From Candidatus Cloacimonadales bacterium (lineage in GTDB: Bacteria > Cloacimonadota > Cloacimonadia > Cloacimonadales > JAFGVF01): a stretch of DNA of 64,000 nucleotides. The stretch spans positions 33,447 to 97,446 of the forward strand of contig OY782831.1 in NCBI GenBank assembly GCA_963678375.2, in the 5' to 3' direction. The number at the start of each line of letters is the position of its first letter. The first letter of the stretch is position 1. Below are positions 44,346 through 57,303 of the stretch, one piece after another. Both the position numbers and the translations under genes were made by a program. The notes beneath the pieces were generated by a model. It was not told where the DNA came from. It did not search any database and worked only from the letters and a program-made list of their open reading frames with translations.

Positions 44346-44689
44346 ATGTGGATTTTCTTTAAATATGACTTCAGAGATCTTTTGGAAGGCTTTAATAAAG
44401 CTGGATGGATAGCTTTTTTATTACTATCTTAGTACAAATAATATTATATATATTTCATAGTTTTAATTATGAATCTACTAAACATGCAATAGCTTATAAT
44501 ATAGGTGTAGTAGTTATTAATGGGCTGATTGTAGCAATTATTGCTCATATAATTAGCTCAATATTTACAAAACCTTATCCTGATAAAAAAAAAATAGCAT
44601 TTTTGTTCAAATGCTACTTTAGACTAAACTTATTTAATTTTTTCCCACCAGAGATAAGGACTCCCTTCATTGATATTTTGATCAACTAA
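44346..44689 (+). CDS. small membrane protein, possibly interrupted at a T6 run (alternatively an independent 94-aa ORF 44405..44689)
   Basis: ATG 44346 (AAAGG RBS) encodes MWIFFKYDFRDLLEGFNKAGWIAFLLLS, then stops at 44430-44432. One extra T in T6 (44414-44419) would fuse it to the 94-aa ORF (..GWIAFFITILVQIILYIF..). The 94-aa ORF has no RBS of its own. Confidence 0.3.
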
Positions 44690-45644
44690 CCACACTTCAT
44701 TATATTTCCAATTATCATAAGAGCTTTGAACTAGTGAGTTAAAGTTCTCTTTACTTTCATGGTGACAGTTTTGAATACGATCTTGATAAGAATAGAAAAA
44801 ACCAGATTCAAAGTTATTATCATTTGATAACCAGTAAACAGATTTAATATTACTATTTTCACTGTAATATATCAAAGGACTTCTTAATGAGTTAGCTTCA
44901 TTCAATTTTATATAAGTATTACTAAGAGATGAGTTTATTAAGGAACCTATAATTCCAGATATATCAATTTTTTCTTCACTTAATATCATGAATTTATCAA
45001 GTATGATGTAGCAGTTATCAAAACTTGAATCTCTTGAAGCATTAACAAAAGCACCACCGCTGTCATAAGTGTCACCTATTGTCCCAATCTCTACATTGGT
45101 AGTACAAAATTGAACAATACTGTTTACGGCTCCACTACTCAAACCCGATACACGACCATGTGTATTAATTTTTCCACTTATCTTGCACTTCTCGACTGTA
45201 CTATTAACAATGCTAAAAGATAATATGCCCCCTGTACCATAACCATTTAATAGAGCATCTGAAATAATTAAATTTTTTACTGTACCATCTCTTATAATAC
45301 AAAAGAAACCTAATAGAGCTTCTTCATCTGTGGAATTCTGTTTGAAGTTATAAATTGTATGAAATTGCCCATCAAAATGACCATTAAAACCATCAATACC
45401 TCCAATCCCTGACCATGAGCCATTCTCGCAGTTTTCATTGTAATCAGACATATCAATATCTTTATCTAAAACAATCCAAGGGACATTGTTGCTCCTATCA
45501 TCACCATATAAATAATCTTTTACCCATATCAAGTCATCTAATGAGTCAATTCTATATGGAGCATTTTCTGTACCTTTACCTGGGGGGGGTACTTTCAAGA
45601 TATATTATCGATATTAAGAAAATAACAATAAAATAATGTTTCAT
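44630..45644 (-). pseudogene. secreted GLUG-like beta-helix repeat protein, frameshifted (or phase-OFF) at a G8/C8 tract
   Basis: GGAGA RBS plus ATG 45644 encodes MKHYFIVIFLISIIYLESTPPR then a stop. C8 lies at 45582-45589. C7 would join in frame to GKGTENAPYRIDSLDDL... (track ORF 44630..45598, which starts at TTG without a signal peptide). Repeats SGLSSGAVNSIVQFC, GGAFVNASRDSSFDNCY and SGIIGSLINSSLSNTY resemble GLUG motifs. Confidence 0.6.
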
Positions 45645-45894
45645 TTTGTGTCTTCTCCATTAAAAAGTTAGAGGGTATGGAAAAGTGAGTTTTGTTGAAA
45701 AAAGTGATAAAGTTCCATATTCAATATAAGCTAACGTTGATGCAGCAGAAGCTGTTGCTAATGAATCCCAATGATGGTCATAATGACTAATCTAGGGCGT
45801 TAATGGTACTCCTGTTGAATTACAAGCAGTCCTTACACAATGGCAACTATTTTGCTGGTTAACTTGAGCTCTTACTCATTATCTACCATATTTG

Positions 45895-46262
45895 CTAACT
45901 GTTTGGATCATATGGTAATGCAAACACAGTATTACCAATATTACTGTTCTCAGCTACATAAATTGAATATCTGAAATTATTTAACCCACACTCTATTTTA
46001 GCTTTTCTTACGATAATATCCATCAAATCTGCATCAATAAATTTGTCATTATTAACATAGTATACCTGTTCATAAGAGACCATTGTATAAATCCAAGTAT
46101 TTCCTTGAACCTGCTTACAATACTCTTCCATGTTATAATTTTGTGGATCAACAATATATTTTGTACTTCTTTCACTATCAGTAAGGTCACTTCCCATATT
46201 GTTATCTCTGTGACAGCTTGCAATTACTAAAACTAGTAGTGCTACAAAACAAACTTTTTCAT
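45895..46262 (-). pseudogene. small lipoprotein, frameshifted at an A5 run
   Basis: ATG 46262 (GGAGA RBS) reads MKKFVL then a stop. One extra A in A5 (46255-46259) gives MKKVCFVALLVLVIASCHRDNNMGSDL.., a perfect lipobox in frame with track ORF 45895..46197. Confidence 0.6.
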
Positions 46263-46284
46263 ATTTTCTCCATTTAAGAATTAC

Positions 46285-46312
46285 AATATATATTTTAATG
46301 GGTATTAGTCAA
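46285..46312 (-). promoter_or_regulatory. putative promoter (TTGACT-N16-TATATT) of the frameshifted lipoprotein gene
   Basis: Minus strand reads TTGACTAATACCCATTAAAATATATATT, 22 nt upstream of ATG 46262. Confidence 0.4.
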
Positions 46313-47011
46313 GTTTTTTCTCTCACATTTCTAGATTAACTTCAATCTAAATGATTCGACAATCTTTCTTACTATAATACTAATAAAATCGAGCAAATTC
46401 TATTCTTGCTTGCTTGTTTCCTGCACAAATTATTAAAGGAATTATAAGTATGTAATAATCATGACTATCAAAAAGATTCTAGTTGAAAACAAGATTAGCT
46501 ATGAAATGAAAGCTCCTTTGTTCAAGTGCATGCAAAGATGCTTTCACTCCATAATTTTTTTTATAATGCAAAAGATATAAAAGTATAATTAATTTTACAT
46601 GATGCACTTTATTACTGATGTTTGTTATTGCTTTAGTTTTGAGAGTGATTAGCAAAAATTATAGTGGGTAATGAATGAGCCAAAAAGTAAGCTCTAAATC
46701 TAATTAAAGGATTGAATAATGAAATTTAGTAGAAACAGGTTTGTTGGTTTCTACTTTTGTTTAAAAACCTATACTGGATTTTGCTAATACTGCCGTCTAT
46801 ATCTCCATCCCTAAAGGACTTAAGATACTTTGAAAGGATAATTATTGCTCCTTTATTGCTACTCTCTTGTTAAAGAAACAGGAACTTATTGGGTTAGTAA
46901 TAATCATCTATTGACTTAGATTTTTGGAGATAAAGAAACTATGGTTTGATGGCAGCTTTACTGGAGGTTGTTTCAAAGCATTGATATTTCTACCTTTAAG
47001 ATTATTTCACT
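46313..47011. other. about 0.7-kb ORF-free region (candidate small-RNA locus or decayed DNA)
   Basis: No ORF of 60 aa or more. Contains the plus-strand terminator-like hairpin 46728-46762 and a segment (46849-47028) with collinear anchors to 4279-4544 in inverted orientation. Confidence 0.3.
46728..46762 (+). terminator. terminator-like hairpin inside the ORF-free region
   Basis: AGTAGAAAC-AGGTTTGTTG-GTTTCTACT (9 bp) followed by TTTGTTT. U-rich tail only on the plus strand. Confidence 0.4.
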
Positions 47012-47044
47012 GCAAAACCCCTCACTAGGAGGGGTTTTGCATAT
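47012..47044. terminator. bidirectional rho-independent terminator (ends the TPR gene on the minus strand and could end a plus-strand transcript)
   Basis: GCAAAACCCCTC-ACTAG-GAGGGGTTTTGC: 12-bp stem with a GC core and a T4 tail on either strand. Confidence 0.65.
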
Positions 47045-47068
47045 TATTAAATTAATTATTTTAATTTA

Positions 47069-48733
47069 TTAGAAGCTTGTTTCTAATCTTTCGTTTAATT
47101 CTCTAAGACGAGCTAAACGAGATTCTACGATATTAAGAACTTTAGGAACGCTAGTGACTTTAGTAGCTTGTTTTAAGTTTGCTTCAGCTTCTCTATAGTA
47201 TTGACTAGCTTGTTCTTTTGCTTGGTCTCTTTGATCAGCTAAAGTTTGAGCTTTAGAACCAGTAGCTTTAGGAATTTCGCTGTTTAGTTTTGCAGCAGCT
47301 TGGAATTTATCAATACCTAAAGTTTGTTTAATTTGTGCTGATAAAAGATATGGAGCGTAGTTGTTAGGAGTAAATACCATAGCTTTTTCAACATTTTGAA
47401 TTGCTTTAGCATAGTTTTCATCTTCAAGATAGAGGTTAGCTAAACGGGTATAGACAACTCCATTTGTATCATCAATTTTTACAACATCATTATAGGCTTT
47501 AGTAGCTTTTTGTTTGTAACTTTTCGCAGTTTTAGTTTGACCAGCTTTTTCAGCGTCTTTAGCAGCTGAAAGATACATATTAGCTAAATTAAGACGAGCT
47601 GTGATATTTTTGCTGTCTTTTTTAACAATTTCTTCATAATTCTTAATAGCCTGTTCAATTTGACCAGTTTGTTGATAAGCTGAAACAAGGTTGGAAATTA
47701 TAATATCATCTTCAGGAAAGAGTAAAACTGCTTGTTCAAGATAAGGAATAGCTTCTTCATAGTTCTGCATATCATAAAGAACGTTTGCATAACGGTAGAT
47801 AGCATCTTGATCTTCAGGATCGATTTCAATAGCTCTTGATACAGCTTCTCTCATATTGTTTAAGTCATTAGCTCTTGCATATAAATCAGCTAATAATAAC
47901 CAGTCGTCTTTAGTATTTCTAATTTCAACAATTTTTCTAGTAGGAACTGCAGCTTCTCTATATTTACCTTGTTGAAGATAAACTTGAGTTTGTGCGTCAA
48001 GATAAGAAATATTTTGTGTTGTATCTTGTTCTACAAGGTAATCGAAGTAGTTAAGAGCTTCATCATATTGCTCTTCTTTAAGGTTGATTAGACCAAGATA
48101 GTAATATGGTTCAGTAAGTGAAGGATCAATTTGGGAAATATTTTCAAAAGATTCTCTAGCTACATCATAGCGTCTTGTATTATAAGCTTGTTTAGCAATA
48201 TCGATAAGTTTAAGCATTTCAGTAGTAACAAAATCATCGATTTTACCCATAAACTTTTCTTCTAAGGTAGTTAAGCGTTGTTCTTTAAATTTAAGTACAT
48301 TAGCTCTACCCGCAGAGACATCACCAGTTCTAGTTGAGTAAAGAGTGTACACAACTTTATACTGAGGGTTTCTAACTTCTTCCACAGTCATTGTGATAAC
48401 TAAATCTGCACCTAATTCTTTTCCGATATCAAGAATTTCTTCTTTATCTAATTCATCGACTGCAATATCACCATAATCGAAAAATACAGCATCAATTTTC
48501 TCTTGTTCTACAAGAATAAAGTTTTCAGTATAGTCAAAAAGTAACTGGATATCTCTTCTTTCTAAGAATTTTTTAATGTATCCACTTCTGTTATCTAATT
48601 TTTCTATTGGCAATACAGCAACTTTTAAAGCTCCATCAACCTTTTCAGGTTTTTCACGGTCTTCAAATGAACTTACATTCATACTACAAGCAAATAGAAA
48701 TGCACTCAATATTAGTACTATGAGTTTTCTCAT
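47069..48733 (-). CDS. TPR-repeat lipoprotein
   Basis: 554 aa with lipobox LFACSMN. N-terminal VAVLPIEKLDNRSG.. module followed by many TPR-like repeats (..YYYLGLINLKEEQYDEALNYF.., ..AIPYLEQAVLLFPED..). Confidence 0.75.
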   Translation of the reverse strand: MRKLIVLILSAFLFACSMNVSSFEDREKPEKVDGALKVAVLPIEKLDNRSGYIKKFLERRDIQLLFDYTENFILVEQEKIDAVFFDYGDIAVDELDKEEILDIGKELGADLVITMTVEEVRNPQYKVVYTLYSTRTGDVSAGRANVLKFKEQRLTTLEEKFMGKIDDFVTTEMLKLIDIAKQAYNTRRYDVARESFENISQIDPSLTEPYYYLGLINLKEEQYDEALNYFDYLVEQDTTQNISYLDAQTQVYLQQGKYREAAVPTRKIVEIRNTKDDWLLLADLYARANDLNNMREAVSRAIEIDPEDQDAIYRYANVLYDMQNYEEAIPYLEQAVLLFPEDDIIISNLVSAYQQTGQIEQAIKNYEEIVKKDSKNITARLNLANMYLSAAKDAEKAGQTKTAKSYKQKATKAYNDVVKIDDTNGVVYTRLANLYLEDENYAKAIQNVEKAMVFTPNNYAPYLLSAQIKQTLGIDKFQAAAKLNSEIPKATGSKAQTLADQRDQAKEQASQYYREAEANLKQATKVTSVPKVLNIVESRLARLRELNERLETSF

Positions 48734-48816
48734 ATATCCTCCACGATAATATTCTTTTATTTAAAAAAAAATAACTTTCTATTATAAGTCAATACTTTTC
48801 TTTATTTTTTTTATGT

Positions 48817-49563
48817 TTAGTCAATTTCTACGATTGTTCCATGATAGAAAGGTTGAATCAAATTTTCGTCTAATTCTAAGATTAAAGCACCTTTTTTGTT
48901 AATTTTAAGCACTCTCCCTCGAAAGAGTTGAAATTCAGTATCAAGTGAGATAAACCTATCCTTTAGAAAATCACTTCTGTTATAATAATCTTGGTATTCA
49001 ACGAATCCATGTTCAATAAAAGTAGGGAGTTGATTGTATAATTTGTCCAAAAACACTTTCAATATATAGTAATTATTTACTTCTAAGTCTAGGTAATCTC
49101 TTAAAGAAACTGCAATATTGGAAAGTTGTAGAGGCATTTCAGAAATGTTAGTATCAATACCTATTCCACACACAAGATATTTAGCCCAAGAGTAATATGA
49201 TGTTAAGATCCCGCAGAGCTTTCTGTCTTCAAGCATAATATCATTTGGCCATTTAATTTTAAGTTTTTCTTTTAAAGATGGATAAATTTCTGTTATTGTT
49301 TGGTGAATAAGGACAGCCATAAAAAGAGTTATTGAGCTATCTTGTCCAAGATTATAGAGACCAAGGCTAAACCATAGTCCTCCTGGTGGCGAATACCAGA
49401 TATTATTTCTTCTTCCGCTACCAGATGATTGTTCATCAGCTATGACTAAAAAGTTGCCTTTTGCCAAATTATCTTTGATCATAGATAAAGCAAAAGTTGA
49501 AGTAGAATTCAATTTCTTTTTATGAATAATTTCATCAAAAAGAGGATGTTCGTCTAAAATCAC
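48817..49563 (-). CDS. birA: biotin--[acetyl-CoA-carboxylase] ligase (no HTH domain)
   Basis: 248 aa: SSGSGRRNNIWYSPPGGLWFS (GRGRxGRxWxSPxG-type motif), KWPNDI. GTG start 49563 with AGGAGA RBS. Confidence 0.85.
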   Translation of the reverse strand: MILDEHPLFDEIIHKKKLNSTSTFALSMIKDNLAKGNFLVIADEQSSGSGRRNNIWYSPPGGLWFSLGLYNLGQDSSITLFMAVLIHQTITEIYPSLKEKLKIKWPNDIMLEDRKLCGILTSYYSWAKYLVCGIGIDTNISEMPLQLSNIAVSLRDYLDLEVNNYYILKVFLDKLYNQLPTFIEHGFVEYQDYYNRSDFLKDRFISLDTEFQLFRGRVLKINKKGALILELDENLIQPFYHGTIVEID

Positions 49564-49573
49564 TTAGTTCTCC

Positions 49574-50614
49574 TTAAAGTATTAACATGGCATCGCCGTA
49601 ACTGAAGAAACGATACCGAGCTTCAACAGCAATTTTGTAAGCGCCCATAACATTTTCATAACCTGCGAAAGCAGATATCATCATGATTAATGTTGATTCT
49701 GGCATATGAAAGTTTGTCACCATTCCATCAATAATATTAAATTTTTTTCCTGGATAGATGAATATGCTAGTCCACTTATCACCATAAGCAACTTGATTAC
49801 CTTCTGCAAAACTTTCAAGAGTGCGTGTAGAAGTAGTGCCAACCGCAATAATCCTTCGACCTTGTTTTTTTGCTTGATTAATAACCTGAGCAGATTCTTG
49901 ACTGATGCTGCAATATTCTGAGTGCATATTATGGTCTTCAATATTGTCACTTTTAACTGGCCTAAAGGTACCTAAACCAACATGCAGAAGAACTTCCACA
50001 ATCTCTACTCCTTTTTCTTTTAAAGCAGTAAAGGTTGCTTCTGTAAAATGCAAGCCAGCAGTAGGTGCTGCTACAGAACCTTTAATTTTAGCATAAATTG
50101 TCTGATAGGTTGAGCTATCTGAGTTTTCAGCTTCCCTTTTAATATAGGGAGGTAAAGGGATATGACCAGCTTGACTTAAGGCAGACCAAAATTCACCTTT
50201 ATAATCAAATTTAACTAACCTTGAACCTTCTGTTGAGAGATCTACTACAGTCCCTTTAAAATCATCATTAACTTGAATGATAGTACCAATTGGGCACTTC
50301 CTACCAGGTTTTACTAGACATCTCCATGTATCATTAACTACATGATTTAGTAAGAATACTTCGATCTTAGCTCCTGTTGATTTACTTCCAATTAATCTAG
50401 CAGGGATAACTTTAGTTGAATTAACTACTAGAACATCTCCTTTCTGAAAGTAATCAGCAAGATCAGTAAAGTTCTTATGCTTAACCTGACCCTGTTGCTT
50501 ATCTAAGACTAAGAGTCTGGAACTACTTCTTTGTTGAAGTGGATACTGAGCAATTAGCTCTTCTGGTAAGTCGTAATAATATGAACTTTTTAATAATAAA
50601 TCTTTATCTTTCAT
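49574..50614 (-). CDS. queA: S-adenosylmethionine:tRNA ribosyltransferase-isomerase
   Basis: 346 aa: YDLPEELIAQYPL, AAPTAGLHFT, VGTTSTRTLES, YRFFSYGDAMLI. Confidence 0.9.
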   Translation of the reverse strand: MKDKDLLLKSSYYYDLPEELIAQYPLQQRSSSRLLVLDKQQGQVKHKNFTDLADYFQKGDVLVVNSTKVIPARLIGSKSTGAKIEVFLLNHVVNDTWRCLVKPGRKCPIGTIIQVNDDFKGTVVDLSTEGSRLVKFDYKGEFWSALSQAGHIPLPPYIKREAENSDSSTYQTIYAKIKGSVAAPTAGLHFTEATFTALKEKGVEIVEVLLHVGLGTFRPVKSDNIEDHNMHSEYCSISQESAQVINQAKKQGRRIIAVGTTSTRTLESFAEGNQVAYGDKWTSIFIYPGKKFNIIDGMVTNFHMPESTLIMMISAFAGYENVMGAYKIAVEARYRFFSYGDAMLIL

Positions 50615-50617
50615 AAA

Positions 50618-51370
50618 CTATAATTTTCCACCTGTTATAAATATTTCTTCACCTGAAATCACTCTATTCTTATCAGATAAGAGGAAGTCACAACTTTCAA
50701 AGATGTCTTGTGGTTCAACCAACTTCTGGAGAGGAGTATTTTCTAGTTCCTTAGCAAAATAATTTTCTCTAAACTTCTGATATTCTTCAGAAAAATGACT
50801 TTGGTCAGCATTTACAGGACCTGGCGAGATTACATTAATCATTATATTATCTTGTCCATACTCTAGGGTTACAGTTCTTGCTAGATTACCTAAAGCCCCT
50901 TTAGAGACAGCATAAGCTGATCCGTACTTCAGTCCAGTTCTACTAATATTTGAACCAATAAGGACAATTCTTCCTTCTCTTTTTTCTTGGTAGTATGGTA
51001 AAAGATGTCTAAGCAAGTTATATATTGAGAATAAATTACTCTTAACAACAGAATACCACTTTACAGGATCAGTTTCTGCTAATGGAAGAAAATCACTTGA
51101 CCTTACAGCTGATGTATGAATTAATTTACTTGGTATTCCTAGCTGACTTTTCATTAATTTATTTATTAAAAATGAGACCTGCTTTTCGTCAGTAAGATCA
51201 CATTTTTCAATAATTAAGTTACTAGGATAGTCTTGTTTTAGCTTTTCCAGTCTCCAGATATTATGGTGTATTAAAGCAATAACATGGTAGTTCCTTTTAA
51301 GATACTCCCCTGTGAGAACAGAAGCAATCGCACCATTAGCTCCTGTAATTATAATTGCTTTATTTTCCAT
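50618..51370 (-). CDS. SDR family oxidoreductase
   Basis: 250 aa: ITGANGAIAS (TGxxxGxG) and YAVSKGAL (YxxxK). Confidence 0.8.
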   Translation of the reverse strand: MENKAIIITGANGAIASVLTGEYLKRNYHVIALIHHNIWRLEKLKQDYPSNLIIEKCDLTDEKQVSFLINKLMKSQLGIPSKLIHTSAVRSSDFLPLAETDPVKWYSVVKSNLFSIYNLLRHLLPYYQEKREGRIVLIGSNISRTGLKYGSAYAVSKGALGNLARTVTLEYGQDNIMINVISPGPVNADQSHFSEEYQKFRENYFAKELENTPLQKLVEPQDIFESCDFLLSDKNRVISGEEIFITGGKL

Positions 51371-51404
51371 ACTTAAACCCTTTTATAAATCTTTAAAATT
51401 TTAA

Positions 51405-52589
51405 TTAATTATCCTTAACACTTTTTTTTAATTCTTCAATTGTGTCAATAATCTTGTGAGCTAAATGGAATTTTGTACCTTTAAATTCAGTTACAGAATG
51501 TTTACTGATTAAATAAGCTTGTGTATAATCACTCTGAGAAACCGAGATATCATTAGCAATGATTAAATCTAAGTTTTTCTTAACTAGTTTTTCTTTTGCA
51601 TTTACAATAATATTTTCTGATTCTGCTGCAAAACCAACTAGAATCTGACCAGCTTTTTTATTTTCACCAAGATACTTCAGAATATCTTGAGTCCTTTTTA
51701 ATACTAAGCTCAAATCTTCTTTTTTCTTGATTTTTTGTTTTTCTTCAGTAAGTGGAGTATAATCTGCCACAGCAGCAGCCATAATAATAACATCACTCTG
51801 GTTAGCTTTTTCTTTAACTTTTAGAAACATCTCTTGAGCTGAAAGAGTCTTATAATGACTTTCTACATAGTAAGGTATTGCTTGGTTAATTGAAGCATGC
51901 ACAACTGAAAGATCTCCACCCCTAAGATAAACTGCTCTGGCAAGGGATAAGCCCATTTTTCCAGACGAATGATTTGTTATAAAACGCATTGGATCTATAT
52001 TCTCTTGATTAGCACCTAGTGTTATTAAATAAGAGTCTTTTAATTTCATATCGTATTCTAGGTAAGTAATAATGGCTGGAATAACTTCCTCATTAGCTGG
52101 GTATTTACCTCTACCTTCATATCCACAAGCAAGAAGACCTTTTTCAGGAACTAAAAAATTAATCCCCCTAGATTTCAAGATAGCAATATTATTCTGAACA
52201 GCAGGATTGTTATACATATTGACATTCATAGCTGGGACTACTAGGATGGGGTTATGGAAAGCAAGAAATGTTGAAGAAGCTAAATCATCAGCAATACCAT
52301 TAGCCATCTTACCAATTATGTTAGCAGTCGCAGGAGCTACAACCATAATGTCAGCCCAATCTGCTAGGCTTATATGAGCAATCGGCTCAACTAAATCGAA
52401 CTGATCAGTATAGGTTTCTTGCCCTGTTATGGCTCTAAAGTTAATCTGTCCAATAAATTCTAAAGCACTTTTAGTCAGTATTGTTCTGACTTGAGCTCCT
52501 AACTTCTTTAATCTGCTAGCTAAATCAATAGCTTTATATGCAGCTATACCACCAGATACAAGCAGAAGAATTTTTTTATCTTTTAACAT
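51405..52589 (-). CDS. coaBC: bifunctional phosphopantothenoylcysteine decarboxylase / phosphopantothenate--cysteine ligase
   Basis: KKILLLVSGGIAAYKA, PAMNVNMY, ITNHSSGKMG. Start moved to ATG 52589 (MLKDKKI) with AGGAAAG RBS. The track extension to 52658 spans a TTGACA box. Confidence 0.9.
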   Translation of the reverse strand: MLKDKKILLLVSGGIAAYKAIDLASRLKKLGAQVRTILTKSALEFIGQINFRAITGQETYTDQFDLVEPIAHISLADWADIMVVAPATANIIGKMANGIADDLASSTFLAFHNPILVVPAMNVNMYNNPAVQNNIAILKSRGINFLVPEKGLLACGYEGRGKYPANEEVIPAIITYLEYDMKLKDSYLITLGANQENIDPMRFITNHSSGKMGLSLARAVYLRGGDLSVVHASINQAIPYYVESHYKTLSAQEMFLKVKEKANQSDVIIMAAAVADYTPLTEEKQKIKKKEDLSLVLKRTQDILKYLGENKKAGQILVGFAAESENIIVNAKEKLVKKNLDLIIANDISVSQSDYTQAYLISKHSVTEFKGTKFHLAHKIIDTIEELKKSVKDN

Positions 52590-52760
52590 TTTTACTTTCC
52601 TTTTAAGTTTATCTATTAAAGAAAAAAAGACTTTGACTAATGTCAAGAACAAATTCATAAATCGAATAACGGATTCAGCTCTCCTTTTGCTTGAACAAAC
52701 ATTACTATTGACAAATAATCTAAAAGATAAGAAGATGCAAAAAAATATAAGGTTTAATAG

Positions 52761-56214
<3,454 letters not shown>

Positions 56215-56218
<4 letters not shown>

Positions 56219-57303
56219 GAACTTTAGATAAATACTTAATAAAAGAATTTCTTAAGACATTTGTTGTAATGTTCTTAGCTTCATCTATACTCTTTATTGT
56301 AATAGATATTATTGATCAGCTTTCCAAAATGCTAAAACATGGGGCAAGTCTTAATCAAGCGAGTCTCTATTATCTTCTTAGGTTACCCTACTTACTTACC
56401 TTAACATCTCCAGTGATAATGTTGCTTACAGGACTATTCCTAATGAATAATCTCGCCAAATACAATGAATCAATAGCTGTTAGGGCTGCTGGGATAAGTA
56501 TTAAAAGAATGCTATTTCCCTTAATTATAATTGGTCTTATTGTTAGTGGAATTATTGGCTGGTTCGGAGACTATGTCCTACCTAAAGCTGAAGAAAGAAG
56601 ACAAATACTCTATCAAGTTGAGATTAAAGGCGGGGATGTTAGAGACAAAATGCTGAGAACTAAAATATTCTTCCAAGAAGGTGATGATACCCATAACTAT
56701 GTAGCTTTTTTCAATGGACACACTCAGGAAATGAAAGTTGTTGATAAGACCATAATAGCAGCAGATTTCTCATCTATCAGTTACAGAAGTGAAGCTGCTT
56801 CAGCTACATGGGACCAAGATGAATGGACCTATAAGCAACTCTATCAACGTGATTTCTCTGCAGGTGAGTTAATTAAATATCAATATGATGAAGACTACAA
56901 GGGTAAAATAATGACCATAACACCTTTAGAGTTTATACGATCAGGTAAGCCTACAATGTCTATGAACTATAGAGAACTAAGTGCTTATATTGATAGATTG
57001 AAAAAGCTCAATGATAACTATTCGGAAGAATTAGTAGATCTTTATATGAAAATATCTTTCCCTTTCGCTAATTTAATAATCCTCTTCTTCTCCTTCCCTA
57101 TTGTGTCAAGTTCAACCAGAAGCAAAAACCGAGGCTATATCTTTATGTTAGGCTTACTGGTCTGCTTTACCTTTTTAATAACTTTAGAAATTAGTAGATC
57201 TTTAGGTTATAGCGAAGTTATCTCCCCCCTCACAGCTGCCTGGGCACCAAATGTAATTTTTGGTTTGATTGGTCTATATTTCTTACATAAAGCAGAGGTC
57301 TAA
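56215..57303 (+). CDS. LptF/LptG family LPS export permease
   Basis: 362 aa: MRTLDKYLIKEFLKTF.. Start overlaps the upstream stop (ATGA). Confidence 0.75.

Noticed and set aside
45645-45894. 250-bp spacer between the two frameshifted genes with somewhat higher G+C and a short open frame ending ..STKLTFPYPLTF (an OMP-like C-terminal Phe). Possible gene remnant.
   Set aside because: The open stretch is only about 45 codons, has no start codon and no recognisable motif. I cannot distinguish it from chance.
46023-46223. 66-aa minus-strand ORF overlapping the lipoprotein gene.
   Set aside because: It is out of frame with the lipobox-containing reading (which explains the region with one A-run indel) and has no RBS. 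It is an artefact of the frameshift region.
4279-47028. The inverted similar segments at 4.3-4.5 kb and 46.8-47.0 kb as terminal inverted repeats of a 42-kb mobile or invertible element.
   Set aside because: The interval is full of core housekeeping genes (ddl, tkt, recJ, rplU, rpmA, rng, sppA). Identity is only about 60 percent, and no recombinase or transposase is present.
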